The position numbers and the translations under genes were made by a program. From positions 1-64,000 of the IMG/VR virus record IMGVR_UViG_3300028832_000128: DNA of 64,000 nucleotides; one strand, given 5' to 3'. Source of the stretch: a virus (lineage: Duplodnaviria; Caudoviricetes). The notes beneath the pieces are model-generated. The model was not told where the DNA came from and did not search any database. It was given only the letters and a program-made list of their open reading frames with translations. Shown here piece by piece: positions 1 to 10,199 of this stretch (the stretch's first letter is position 1; each line of letters starts with the position of its first letter).

Positions 1-268
1 CTCCTTCGTTTGCGGCTTGATTTAATTGATCTTCTTGACCTTTTGTCAATGTTCCGCTACCGTAAGTTGAAATTAAATTATTAAAAAAATCTTCGTATGG
101 ACTTTGATAATTTTCATATCCGTAATCACTTAGATAACTTCTTGCCAATGCTTTACTTCTATCTTCTCTTTTTCTTTCTGCGGCTGCCTCATTTGCTCCG
201 AACATGTTACCTAAAAAACTACTTAAAACACTTGCACCGCCTAAAGCTACCATTGCCGGAATTGCCAT
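1..268 (-). CDS. Partial small putative ejection/internal virion protein (homolog of 36736..37233)
   Basis: Manual translation MAIPAMVALGGASVLSSFLG...SPYEDFFNNLISTYGSGTLTKGQEDQLN matches the B copy. Confidence 0.8.
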   Translation of the reverse strand, partial: MAIPAMVALGGASVLSSFLGNMFGANEAAAERKREDRSKALARSYLSDYGYENYQSPYEDFFNNLISTYGSGTLTKGQEDQLNQAANEG

Positions 269-269
269 T

Positions 270-602
270 TTATTCCACCTCTCTTAATTTATTTATTTGT
301 TCTATCAATTCATTTTTTTGTGATTTTTTTTGTGCTAAATATTGTTTTGCTTCTTGTTTCTTTTCTGTTGTCTGCTCGTCATCATCAATAATTAATATAT
401 CTCTAAGCATATCTATATTTATTTTTTCTATTTGTTTTTCCAATACAACAACTTGTTCATCTATAGTAGGACCGCTATTTTGCACAACTTCGTAATATTC
501 GCCCTTATCTTCGATATTTGCATTATTTGTATTACACCAAACAGCTGTATTTGCATAATCTTCATAATTTTTTATTGGTTTATAAATTTTTTTACCTAAC
601 AT
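270..602 (-). CDS. Tail-associated small protein (chaperone-like)
   Basis: 110 aa; homolog at 37236..37565; follows tail genes. Confidence 0.6.
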   Translation of the reverse strand: MLGKKIYKPIKNYEDYANTAVWCNTNNANIEDKGEYYEVVQNSGPTIDEQVVVLEKQIEKINIDMLRDILIIDDDEQTTEKKQEAKQYLAQKKSQKNELIEQINKLREVE

Positions 603-613
603 ATAAAAACCTC

Positions 614-1141
614 TTAAGCTTTATAACCGCAAACATACCACATAGGAGCACTATAATCATGTCCTATTGCTATTTTTGTAGAACTTATAATATAAGCGTC
701 TCTTTGATCTCCGGCAGAACTACTTCTGTTGTTACAGTTTAATAAACAATAATCAGTATCATTCATAGGTATTGCCAAAGTAACTTCTTTAAAACCATAA
801 GAATTTTGATATGCGTATCTTCCACCCTGTTCAACCCAACCGTTTGAATATATCCTATACCAAGTTGTTCCGTTTTTATAAGTTTGAGTTATATAAGATT
901 GTGGCACCGCAGGTTCATTTTCGCTTATACTTCTTTTATACAAAACGCCGTTGATATTTATACATAAAAAAATATTTCCGTTAGCATTATTAAATCCTAC
1001 ATTTCCGTTTTCCAAAACAGATAAAATTTCTTTATCGGTCTTATTATCGAACACTTTAAAGTTTTTATCTTGTGCCTGTTGAAATAAAATGTTAAACAAA
1101 GTATTAATTCTATCATTAGACACATTATAAGGTTTTTTCAT
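614..1141 (-). CDS. Tail/tail-fibre protein with gp53-like C-terminal domain
   Basis: WYRIYSNGWVEQGG motif typical of phage tail-fibre C-terminal domains; homolog in B. Confidence 0.6.
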   Translation of the reverse strand: MKKPYNVSNDRINTLFNILFQQAQDKNFKVFDNKTDKEILSVLENGNVGFNNANGNIFLCININGVLYKRSISENEPAVPQSYITQTYKNGTTWYRIYSNGWVEQGGRYAYQNSYGFKEVTLAIPMNDTDYCLLNCNNRSSSAGDQRDAYIISSTKIAIGHDYSAPMWYVCGYKA

Positions 1142-1143
1142 TT

Positions 1144-4095
1144 TTATCCTCTATGCAACTCTCTTAAAATCTGCCAATATAAAACAATATCATGTATTTC
1201 TGTTTGGTTTTCTGCCTGCCAACTGAATTTAAGTTTTATTGTTTGTCCTCTTACAATTCCTGTCAACGTTTTAATAATTTCTGTTAAATTATCTTTATAA
1301 GTTAAAACATAATTAACGTATTCTCCGTCGTTTACACTTACACCTACGGTTATATTTTGGCTTGCGATATATCTTGTTTTAATTTTTCTAAACAAATTTT
1401 CAAAATCACTTAACGCAAACTTTTTTGTTACAAAATAACTTGTATAGTTTGTTTCATCGTTTTTATATCCTGTCTCTTTTTTATAAACTTGTCCTTCATC
1501 AGCACTTACAGAAAATAAATCATCGTTGCTTTTGCAATAATCAAAATTGTTTTCACTGTCTTTGGTTGTCCAATATCCGGCTTTATCGTATATACACTCA
1601 ATAGCATTATTGTTTGATTCTTTGTCTTTCGGGATATTTAATCTGTATTTATCTTTATAAACAATAGCACATACTTTTGTTATATTTTCGCTTGTGTAGT
1701 AAGTTATTTTTAAATCATTAACAAAATTATCACAAAGCTCCGGAAATGTTACTTTGTATTGCACATATACATTAAGTGCTATATCGCTCGGTATCTGTTC
1801 GCCGTTAGCTATTTCATACCAACTTGCATTATTTAAATCGGTTAAATCTGCTCCGCTTCTTAAATATACCGTTGCTACGCCTGAATAAAAACCTCTTTCT
1901 ATTCTTGTAAATTCACTTATACCCCACGCAATCGGCGTTACAGTATTTATCTTAATAGGTTCGCTTATATAACTGTAAGCTCCGAGTGTCCAAAAAATAA
2001 ACCATCTTAAACCGAAAAATCCTTTTGTAAATTCTATTTTGTAACGAACGTATCTGTGAGCATTGTTTATATTTAAGGTTATATCGGCTAAATTTGTTAT
2101 TGTATATTCTGTAATATAAGCATTATCTATATCATCCCAATGCTCTACGCTTGTTGGATAATTAGCAACCGCAATTTTAATCGTATAATTACTGTAAGTG
2201 TCGCTTGCTGCCAACTGCAATCTGTTTATTGTAAATCCGCTTGATCCATAATCTATTTCAGAACTTTTGTAAGTATAATCGGCTAAATTTATATTAGTGT
2301 TATATTTTAATAAAGGACTTACATTTTGTAATTCATTGGCATAATAACCGTCTCCGGCATGGGCATAAGTTCCTAATTTGCATATAAATTGACATCCATA
2401 ACCGCTTACTTTTTGACTTGCTCCACCGTTGCCACATACCCAATAAGTTGTATTTGCTTCCATGGCAATATTATTAAAACTAAAGCTGTTATAGGCATTA
2501 ACGGAAATGTTATCATATCCTTTGTGTGCTGTTGAAGTAACAAGTTGACCGTTATAACTTCCTTTTCTAAGCTCTAAATACACATAACCGTCTTTTGTGT
2601 TATTGTTATAAGATTTAGATGTTATATATATTAATACATCTTGTAGATTCCAATTTTTTATTTTTGGTTCAATTTTAAAACAAAATCCTCTTTTAATGGT
2701 TTCGCTGCCTGTGTTTGTAAAACTTAAAATATTTCTTTCACCGTCTCTGCTTGCGGTCGATTCAAAATCCGTTCTTATACCGCAATTTAAAACTGTATCG
2801 GTTACATCTAAAAATTTTCCTATGCTTTCTTTTTGTGTCCATACTCCAAATTCGTTAAAATAAACAGAATTTGTTATTCTTCTTATTCCCTGTGGCAATA
2901 ATGTAACAATACCATTTGTTGTTGCTCCGGTATTATCCCAATTACTATTTTTTTTATAACTTCTTTCAATTTGTGTTCCGGTTGCTACAGATATATTTTT
3001 TGTTTTATCTTGTATTTGTTCGTCTATCAATACGGCAGTATTTCCGTTAAGCTGTGCCACTCCGTCAAGACTTAAATAAGTTAAATTTCCGTTAAACAGT
3101 CTTATTGTCTCATGAGCTACAGCTCCGTAAGTCGTGTCTACTTTATTGCTCGACCACTGATCTATATCGCCGTTTGTTAAATATCTATATACATGATGTT
3201 GTTTAAATATGTATATATAAGCTCCGCCAAAGGAAGCACCGCCTGTAATTTTTTCGCCGTCATCTTTTCCTACTGTATCATAATTTAAACCATAAACAGG
3301 TGTCCACCTTACAGGATCATACGGCTGGCTCCAATATACTCCGTTATCATCTTCAATACTTCCAAGCCCGAACAATCTTTCTTGATGTATAAATCCTATT
3401 TTTAATCCTTGTGGAACATTGTTGTCAACACAATCTGAATTTGCTGTTCTTGTATAAGTTACATTGTTGCTATCTGTTAAAGTGTCTCCGCTTACACTTG
3501 ATACGGTATATGTTATTTTTGTTCTGTAAAGATCGCTAAAAATAGCGTCTCCGTTTGTCGGCGTGCTGCTTAATGTATAATAAACATTTCCGTCATTATT
3601 GCTTATCCATGCGTAAAAACTGTCTCTGTTTATATACGTTGCTTTATTTCTATAAATTACAAGTATACAAGCGTCATTAAAATCTTCATTTTCAATTACC
3701 GGATATTTTCCTGTAAACACAAATAGACGGTCATTATACTGAGCAAATCTTACTCTTACGTTTTCATCTATTAAAACATCTTCATCAACGCCGTTATTGC
3801 TTATTTTGATTTTATTAAAATCATCTCTGTTTAGCGGACTATACCACAAATATCCGCCGCAAGCTACAATCAATAAACTGCCGTCTATTTTACTGTTATA
3901 TATTGCACAACCCATACAACTTGCATTATCAAGTAAAACGTTATTTACTTTTATTTTTCCTTTAATACTTTTAGGTAAATAATTGTCGCTTAAATCTATA
4001 TTGCAACAATCACTAAAAGCATTATCGCTTATTTTGTCGGCAGGCAATCTTGATATTAACCCTTTTGAAAAATTATCAATTGCTTTTATTTCCAT
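1144..4095 (-). CDS. Tail tubular/nozzle-like protein (983 aa)
   Basis: Size, position after adaptor, beta-rich repeats, FIHQERLF and YWSQP motifs; homolog at 38090..41041. Confidence 0.6.
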   Translation of the reverse strand: MEIKAIDNFSKGLISRLPADKISDNAFSDCCNIDLSDNYLPKSIKGKIKVNNVLLDNASCMGCAIYNSKIDGSLLIVACGGYLWYSPLNRDDFNKIKISNNGVDEDVLIDENVRVRFAQYNDRLFVFTGKYPVIENEDFNDACILVIYRNKATYINRDSFYAWISNNDGNVYYTLSSTPTNGDAIFSDLYRTKITYTVSSVSGDTLTDSNNVTYTRTANSDCVDNNVPQGLKIGFIHQERLFGLGSIEDDNGVYWSQPYDPVRWTPVYGLNYDTVGKDDGEKITGGASFGGAYIYIFKQHHVYRYLTNGDIDQWSSNKVDTTYGAVAHETIRLFNGNLTYLSLDGVAQLNGNTAVLIDEQIQDKTKNISVATGTQIERSYKKNSNWDNTGATTNGIVTLLPQGIRRITNSVYFNEFGVWTQKESIGKFLDVTDTVLNCGIRTDFESTASRDGERNILSFTNTGSETIKRGFCFKIEPKIKNWNLQDVLIYITSKSYNNNTKDGYVYLELRKGSYNGQLVTSTAHKGYDNISVNAYNSFSFNNIAMEANTTYWVCGNGGASQKVSGYGCQFICKLGTYAHAGDGYYANELQNVSPLLKYNTNINLADYTYKSSEIDYGSSGFTINRLQLAASDTYSNYTIKIAVANYPTSVEHWDDIDNAYITEYTITNLADITLNINNAHRYVRYKIEFTKGFFGLRWFIFWTLGAYSYISEPIKINTVTPIAWGISEFTRIERGFYSGVATVYLRSGADLTDLNNASWYEIANGEQIPSDIALNVYVQYKVTFPELCDNFVNDLKITYYTSENITKVCAIVYKDKYRLNIPKDKESNNNAIECIYDKAGYWTTKDSENNFDYCKSNDDLFSVSADEGQVYKKETGYKNDETNYTSYFVTKKFALSDFENLFRKIKTRYIASQNITVGVSVNDGEYVNYVLTYKDNLTEIIKTLTGIVRGQTIKLKFSWQAENQTEIHDIVLYWQILRELHRG

Positions 4096-4098
4096 TTT

Positions 4099-4737
4099 TT
4101 AACCTCTCGGTCTTGCAATAGTAAATTCGGTTACTTCATCAATCTTAAACTTTAAATCTTTAATATCTTTTAATCCTTGAATATACAAATTATTATATCT
4201 GTCGCTAAGTTGTATATTACCGTCTTCAAGCATACATCTGTAAATTACTCCGTCGATAATAGTTTGAGAAGCACTTTGTAACTGTTCCGTATTGTTAAAC
4301 GGTTTATCTGTAGAATTAACCATATCATCGGCAACGCCTATATAATGTAAAGTTATATCACTTGCGTTTGTCGGTTTTGGCACCAAATTTATAACATTAA
4401 ATTCCTGATAATATGTTTCCGGTTCTCCTGTTGCTTCTCTCCATATTCTTGAATTAAACAAACATTTATCATCAAGTTGTTGTGCTGTAGTTCCTATAAT
4501 TCTTTTGTTTTCATAAACAACCGCAACCACTTTTAAACAGTCTGCCGGAATAGGATAATTTTCTGCTACTGCATTAAAATTTACCGTAGCCGTTTTAAGC
4601 AACACTTCAGTTTTTCTGCAAATATCGGCTTGTATTAAATTAACTCTTCTTATAAGTTCGCTATCTGTCCAATGTCCGCCTGTATCAGGTTCTTTTAAAC
4701 TCCTTTTAATTTCTGCTAAAATTTCGCTCAATTGCAT
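4099..4737 (-). CDS. Head-tail adaptor / tail tubular protein A-like
   Basis: 212 aa directly after portal; W(T/S)DSEL motif; homolog in B. Confidence 0.6.
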   Translation of the reverse strand: MQLSEILAEIKRSLKEPDTGGHWTDSELIRRVNLIQADICRKTEVLLKTATVNFNAVAENYPIPADCLKVVAVVYENKRIIGTTAQQLDDKCLFNSRIWREATGEPETYYQEFNVINLVPKPTNASDITLHYIGVADDMVNSTDKPFNNTEQLQSASQTIIDGVIYRCMLEDGNIQLSDRYNNLYIQGLKDIKDLKFKIDEVTEFTIARPRG

Positions 4738-4748
4738 ATTTTATCTCC

Positions 4749-6839
4749 TTACTGTAAACTTACCGGAGCTTCAACTACACCCGGCACCTGTGCGGCTTGT
4801 TGTTCTGTCATACCTTTAGGAGCAAATGTCGGTTGTTCCTGTGCTGGTAACCCTGCTTCTTGTTTTGCAGCGTTACCCATCAACTGTTTTAATAATTCAT
4901 GTTGCAACATCTGCTGTTGTTGCTGTTGTTGTAACTGCAAATATCTTACATGCTCTTCAATATGTTTTTTACGTATCGGCTCATAAGCAGGATTAAGCTC
5001 AGCTGCTTCATGGACCTGAATGTGCATTAAATGGTTTTCTTGTTGTTTAGCAAACGGAGTTTCTCCTTGCTCCATCAAAATGTTTTCGTCTTGCGGACTT
5101 ATAAGTTGACTGTCAACTTCTTTTGAAATAATCGAAAGATCTCCGTCATTCAATACTTCTGCAATTTTTTTGGCAAGCTCTGCAATATTCCATATTCCGC
5201 CCGGACTTTTAATTGCAATATTGTAAAGGTTTAATAACTGTTGTCCTTTAACAACTTTATTTTCTGTCTCGCTTACCGACAACGGTATAAAATCAAAATC
5301 AGCAAGCAATACATCACTTAAATCATAATTTTTGTCAATCTTAATATTCATATCGGCAACATAAGCGGTAAACGCTTCTTCGCCTATAATCTTTTTTACA
5401 TCGTTTGAGCTCATAAACTGTAAATTGTAGCCGTAAGCTTTTCTTAAATATGCTTTTATAACTTCATCTTCAAACGTTCTTAATTTTGTAAATATCTCTC
5501 TTTGTGAAGAGTTATTTATTGCACTTGCTTCTGTTGCTGTTGTATCATATCTTGCAGGCAACCCTTGCAAATTTGCAGAAGCTCCGGTAACTGTCATAAT
5601 ATCGTTTTTGGTAAGCTGTATTCCTCGTAAAGCACTTTCGCTAACATTAGGCGGTCTCACAAAGGTTATACCGTTTACGCCGTTTTGGCTTGTAATAATA
5701 CCTCTTGGTCTTGACTTTAATTGTGAGTTTGGTATTCCTGCTTGAGCGTCAACCACCATCATACAATCAAGGATCAATGTTAAATCATCCATAAACTGAT
5801 TCATAAAATCGTTTAATGCAAGTTGACTTTCTTTTGCAAGTTCCGGCACACCTATACCAATACTTTCGGCTTGCTCAATATCTTCCCATTTGAATAATAC
5901 ATAAGGTTTTTCCTGAATATCATACGGATTAAGTTCGCACCTTATAACTTCTTTTCTATCTATCACGGTAATAATACATTCTTCTTCAATACCGTCATCG
6001 TCAATATCAAAATTACACCAACATTCAAGCAGTTCGTGTCTGTCTTTTTCTACTCTCATTGTATCGCCTGTTCCCACAATTTCGGCAGTATGAGCATAAT
6101 TTTCGGTAACATCCGGTTCAACAACGCCTGTCTGATGAGTTTGTAAATATTGTTCTATACCAAAATAGCTGTCGTTACTTTTAGCCATAATTCTTAAATC
6201 GCTTTCGTTTACGTTCGGTATCTTTTCAATAATAGCTTCCTGTTCTTCCCATTTTTTATAAAAATCCCAAAACACATTTTCAAGTTTAAGCGTATTAAAA
6301 TCGATATTATCATAAATAGGAACGCTCTCTTTCTGCACGTTCGGCATAAAAAATTCACCTGTTCCTACACGTTTTAACACATCCATAATACTTTTTCTTT
6401 TTTGCAATTTTTTTAATACGTATTTATTTTTCTGCACCCAGCTCACTTTAGCTATGGCAGTTCCTTTAATAATTGCACCTTCTAAAAAGCGTCTTACTTT
6501 TGTTCTGAAATTTATTTTCTGTTGCTGTAAATTCAATATTTTTGTATTTATTTCGGCTTTTCTTTCGTCATTAGGTCCGCCTACACCTTGCAACTTGAAA
6601 TTCGGCTTTTTAGCAAACAAACATTCATCACAAAAATTAAGCAACGTTCTTACCGCCTTACGTGTTTCCGGCACAAACAAGTTTGCTACACCTGCTGTAT
6701 AAGTTTTTTTGCTTGCTTTGTTGTTGTATAGCTTATCGTAATCGATCCATTTTTGTTCTGTTTCTGCTCTTTCGGAATATTTTGCAAATGTAGTTAAAAC
6801 GAACTTTAAAGCTTTTTCATGCAATTTTTGTTTATTCAT
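4749..6839 (-). CDS. Portal protein
   Basis: 696 aa directly after TerL, TATE motif, Gln-rich C-terminal tail. Confidence 0.75.
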   Translation of the reverse strand: MNKQKLHEKALKFVLTTFAKYSERAETEQKWIDYDKLYNNKASKKTYTAGVANLFVPETRKAVRTLLNFCDECLFAKKPNFKLQGVGGPNDERKAEINTKILNLQQQKINFRTKVRRFLEGAIIKGTAIAKVSWVQKNKYVLKKLQKRKSIMDVLKRVGTGEFFMPNVQKESVPIYDNIDFNTLKLENVFWDFYKKWEEQEAIIEKIPNVNESDLRIMAKSNDSYFGIEQYLQTHQTGVVEPDVTENYAHTAEIVGTGDTMRVEKDRHELLECWCNFDIDDDGIEEECIITVIDRKEVIRCELNPYDIQEKPYVLFKWEDIEQAESIGIGVPELAKESQLALNDFMNQFMDDLTLILDCMMVVDAQAGIPNSQLKSRPRGIITSQNGVNGITFVRPPNVSESALRGIQLTKNDIMTVTGASANLQGLPARYDTTATEASAINNSSQREIFTKLRTFEDEVIKAYLRKAYGYNLQFMSSNDVKKIIGEEAFTAYVADMNIKIDKNYDLSDVLLADFDFIPLSVSETENKVVKGQQLLNLYNIAIKSPGGIWNIAELAKKIAEVLNDGDLSIISKEVDSQLISPQDENILMEQGETPFAKQQENHLMHIQVHEAAELNPAYEPIRKKHIEEHVRYLQLQQQQQQQMLQHELLKQLMGNAAKQEAGLPAQEQPTFAPKGMTEQQAAQVPGVVEAPVSLQ

Positions 6840-6851
6840 GTTTTTTTCTCC

Positions 6852-8348
6852 TTACTGTCCTAAGCCGTAACCGGTAACACTACCCGAATTATAAATATAA
6901 TTATCCTGCTCGATAGATCTAAACGCTTTACCGTTTTTATATTTAATTTTTAATACTAAGGCATACCTTAAAGCGTCAGGTAAATCGTCATAAACTTTTT
7001 TCGGTCTTTCTTTAATTGCTGTTTGTCTGTTCGGTTCACTCCATACATATTTACCCATACAGCTTATAAGCTGCTTACATTTATCTCCGAAAAAATACAT
7101 ATTCGGTTCACCGTTGGCATTTATATGTAAATATTCGCTTACCGCATTTTTACCTACAACAAAATTCTTTGTGGAAGATCTAAACACAAGGTTCCATTTA
7201 AGGCGTAACCCTTCGGCTCCAAACTCTCTCTGTGCGTTTCTTCCTGATATTCTGTCCGGAGTTGCCGAAATCGAATCAATAAATCTATATTCGGCAGGTC
7301 CGCCTGTCTCCTGCTCTTTTGCTACAATTTTTTCTGCAATTTCTTTTACTGTTCCGCCTGTAACAAGCTCATCGTAAACAAACGCTCTATCTTTTTCATC
7401 AATTGCAACCCACACAACTACACAATCTTTTTGGCTATGATAATCCATCGCGCATATTCTTACCCAATTTTCCGGTATATCAAAACTCTTCATAATATGT
7501 TTGGAGCAAAACTCTTTATATACGAGTCCGGACAAATGTTTAAATTTTCCATAAACCCTTGCTTCTCTTTCTTCTTCGGGAATTTGTGAAATAAAAAATT
7601 CTCTTGCTTCGTCTGTTAAATAAATATTGTCAAAAAGTGAAAATTCAAACACGTCGGTATCTTTATCACCGTGTAACCCTTTTAAATAAATCTCGTCATA
7701 TATCCAAGGTTCATTTAAAGGAGTTGCAGTAATCCATACTTTTCCGTTAAATCTCATCAATCCCCTGATAGTAGCAGTATATTTGTCTTGTGGCGGCGGC
7801 TCATCAAAATGACATCCGTGTCCTGTCCATCCTTCGTATAAATCGGTTTCCTGCTCATAACTCATTAACTCGATTGTAGAGCCGTTTTTAAAATATATTT
7901 TCTTCCATTGTCCGCCTGAATACTTTGCAGGTCTGCCCTTTAAAGTTTCAGGCGGTATTAACTTTTGATATTTACTTACAATAACTTCCTGTATACCTTT
8001 ATCCAAATCGTTCGCACATACTCTTAATTTGTATGGCGGTCTGCACTTCATTTTTTCAATTGTATTATCAAGTCCTAATGCAATTCTTATATCTTCAGCA
8101 CAACCGCACTCGGTTTTACCTGTTTGGTTACCACCTAAAGCAAGTCTTATCTTTTTAAAACTGTTATGAAATTTCTGCTGATACGGTTGCGGACGGTAAT
8201 AACATATTCCGTAATTCTTTTCTCTGTCTTCCAACTCGTATTTATAATTAAGTAACGCATTTAATTTATCCATACTCAAACAATTCAAATCGATATTGTT
8301 TGCTTTTATAAACTCGTCAAATCTGATAGCTTCGATATTTTCGAACAT
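6852..8348 (-). CDS. terL: Terminase large subunit
   Basis: Walker A GGNQTGKT, Walker B GCHFDEPP, C-terminal nuclease motifs AMDYH and DDLPDALRY. Confidence 0.9.
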   Translation of the reverse strand: MFENIEAIRFDEFIKANNIDLNCLSMDKLNALLNYKYELEDREKNYGICYYRPQPYQQKFHNSFKKIRLALGGNQTGKTECGCAEDIRIALGLDNTIEKMKCRPPYKLRVCANDLDKGIQEVIVSKYQKLIPPETLKGRPAKYSGGQWKKIYFKNGSTIELMSYEQETDLYEGWTGHGCHFDEPPPQDKYTATIRGLMRFNGKVWITATPLNEPWIYDEIYLKGLHGDKDTDVFEFSLFDNIYLTDEAREFFISQIPEEEREARVYGKFKHLSGLVYKEFCSKHIMKSFDIPENWVRICAMDYHSQKDCVVVWVAIDEKDRAFVYDELVTGGTVKEIAEKIVAKEQETGGPAEYRFIDSISATPDRISGRNAQREFGAEGLRLKWNLVFRSSTKNFVVGKNAVSEYLHINANGEPNMYFFGDKCKQLISCMGKYVWSEPNRQTAIKERPKKVYDDLPDALRYALVLKIKYKNGKAFRSIEQDNYIYNSGSVTGYGLGQ

Positions 8349-8800
8349 TAAGCCCCTATTTTTGGTATACTTGTTGAAAAAGTTACTGCTTCAACTTCTT
8401 CAAGTGTTTTAGCTGCTTCTAAACTGTTTATTGCTACTCTCCAATTTTCTCTTGCCTGTGCAAGCGTTGCATACTGCTGTTGACTTATTACACCTTCTCC
8501 ATACTTAATTGCTTCATAATCTGTTTTGGCAAGCAGCTGTTGTAACATAACAATTTTTTCCGCTTTCTTTTGGTTTACTTCTGCGGCAATATATTTGTTC
8601 CAATACCAATCAAACTGAGATACAATTTGTTCTTTTGTAACCTCTTTAATAGCAAAACTTATAACATCGGCTTCATATATTTTTTGCCCGCTTTCATCTT
8701 TGGTTTCTTTTACGTTGTTATACATTGTTACATAATCCCAGCCACCTGTTTTAACAACGCTTACATTACCTTGTGGTAAATCTGTTATTTTTGTTTTCAT
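8348..8800 (-). CDS. Tail-fibre assembly chaperone-like protein, ATGA-coupled to RT
   Basis: C-terminal LAKTDY...RENWRVAIN motif resembles tail-fibre chaperones; homolog 45294..45770. Confidence 0.5.
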   Translation of the reverse strand: MKTKITDLPQGNVSVVKTGGWDYVTMYNNVKETKDESGQKIYEADVISFAIKEVTKEQIVSQFDWYWNKYIAAEVNQKKAEKIVMLQQLLAKTDYEAIKYGEGVISQQQYATLAQARENWRVAINSLEAAKTLEEVEAVTFSTSIPKIGA

Positions 8801-9822
8801 CTACACAACCCCCTTAATTGTTCTATGTTTATTAAATTGTAAATTTTGCAACCTAAATTAAAACTGTCAAACCATTTTAAATTACCAAGTCTACAACTAA
8901 GCCTTACAGCCCAATATTTACATGGTTTTTTAATATAGTTTTTCAAGGTTCTGTATAATCCGTATAAGTTTCTTTTTCTAAGTAATACATAACCATAGAA
9001 AAATCTATAACCAAGCATATCAATACCACGCACGGCAACCCGAAATATTTGCCAATTTCCTTTAAGCGTCAATCCAATTTTTGCAAGTATGGTAATAATT
9101 AAATCTACCAATCTGCGTAATTTTCTTTTATTTCCGCTTAAACTGATAAAATCGTCAACGTATCTTAAATAATAATTTATTCCATCGGCTTGTCTTATTG
9201 CAGTGTCCATATCAAGCAACAAAAGATTTTCAAACCATGCACTTGTATAATTTCCAAGCGGTAACCCGCCCATAGGTCCTAAACTGTAAGCTACTGTTGT
9301 AAGTAGTCTTAAATATTTTTTATCTTTTATAAATTGTTTAAAACTCTTAATAACATACTGCGGTCTTATATTTTCGTAACACTTTTTTATGTCGCATTTT
9401 AAGCACCATTTCGTTCCTTTTTTATCCGTATTAAGCCATTTTGTTATTGCCTTATAGCCGTAATGAATACCACGTCCGGGAATAGAAGCAATAGCGTAAG
9501 GATCCAACCTTTTCAATAATCTGTCATAAATCAAATCAATTAACAGATGATGAATACATTGGTCCGGATAAAATACAGGTTTATGCAACAATCTTTTCTT
9601 TTTTGACGGCTGATCTACTGTGTTACAAATAGTATAAGGAGACGGTTTATAACTTTCATTTAAAACCGTTTCTTTTAGTTTTTGAGCATACTTTTCTATA
9701 TTGCTAAGCACTTCTATTACCGGCTTTCTTTTTTTCTTGTGTTTAGCCGCTTTAAGAATGATTGCTTTACAATATTCGTTTGTAATTTTTTCTTCAGTAA
9801 TTAAAAATCCTATTCTTTTCAT
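8797..9822 (-). CDS. DGR reverse transcriptase (A)
   Basis: YVDD catalytic motif, LKCDIKKCY, GLPLGNYTSA, GIDMLGY; 341 aa; adjacent TR/VR pair. Confidence 0.95.
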   Translation of the reverse strand: MKRIGFLITEEKITNEYCKAIILKAAKHKKKRKPVIEVLSNIEKYAQKLKETVLNESYKPSPYTICNTVDQPSKKKRLLHKPVFYPDQCIHHLLIDLIYDRLLKRLDPYAIASIPGRGIHYGYKAITKWLNTDKKGTKWCLKCDIKKCYENIRPQYVIKSFKQFIKDKKYLRLLTTVAYSLGPMGGLPLGNYTSAWFENLLLLDMDTAIRQADGINYYLRYVDDFISLSGNKRKLRRLVDLIITILAKIGLTLKGNWQIFRVAVRGIDMLGYRFFYGYVLLRKRNLYGLYRTLKNYIKKPCKYWAVRLSCRLGNLKWFDSFNLGCKIYNLINIEQLRGLCR

Positions 9823-9970
9823 AGTGTTTTTTATCTTATTAGAGTGTTCGAATTATTTGCATTTTTAAAAACTACAAGCAACCTACTAACCCTATCCCTT
9901 GTTGCACTATTTTTGGCAAGTGCCACGGATTACATAAACAATCAAAACTGCTTTTTAAATTTAAGATATT

Positions 9971-10071
9971 AAACGCAACGCCCGCCATTATTCTGGTTAG
10001 TATTAGAAACGGTGTTGTTCAAATTCAAGTAGAACCCGCCCGCATTCGCCCCGTTGTTGCAGGTGCCGCCT
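9971..10071 (-). repeat. DGR template repeat TR-A
   Basis: 101-bp match to 10211..10311 with 13 mismatches, all at TR adenines; ten AAY codons in the VR frame. Confidence 0.97.
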
Positions 10072-10135
10072 ATTTTATGTAACCCTTCTTTTTTTACTTC
10101 TATTTAAAGAACAAACTGCTTTTATTTTTTTATCT

Positions 10136-10161
10136 TTAAGGGAAAAGGTTTTTTCCCTTAA
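10136..10161 (-). promoter_or_regulatory. Hairpin downstream of VR-A (candidate DGR target-recognition hairpin)
   Basis: ttaagggaaaa / ttttcccttaa 11-bp stem; same stem at 47135..47173. Confidence 0.65.
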
Positions 10162-10199
10162 CAACCCTTTTCTACGGTCTTTCCGCTACGCTTCAAGCC

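Noticed and set aside
578-1141. Second DGR target in the gp53-like tail genes
   Set aside because: Their variable C-termini show no visible similarity to either TR
8797-9822. RT as group II intron, retron or Abi RT
   Set aside because: Short RT without maturase/endonuclease extension, directly beside an adenine-specific TR/VR pair
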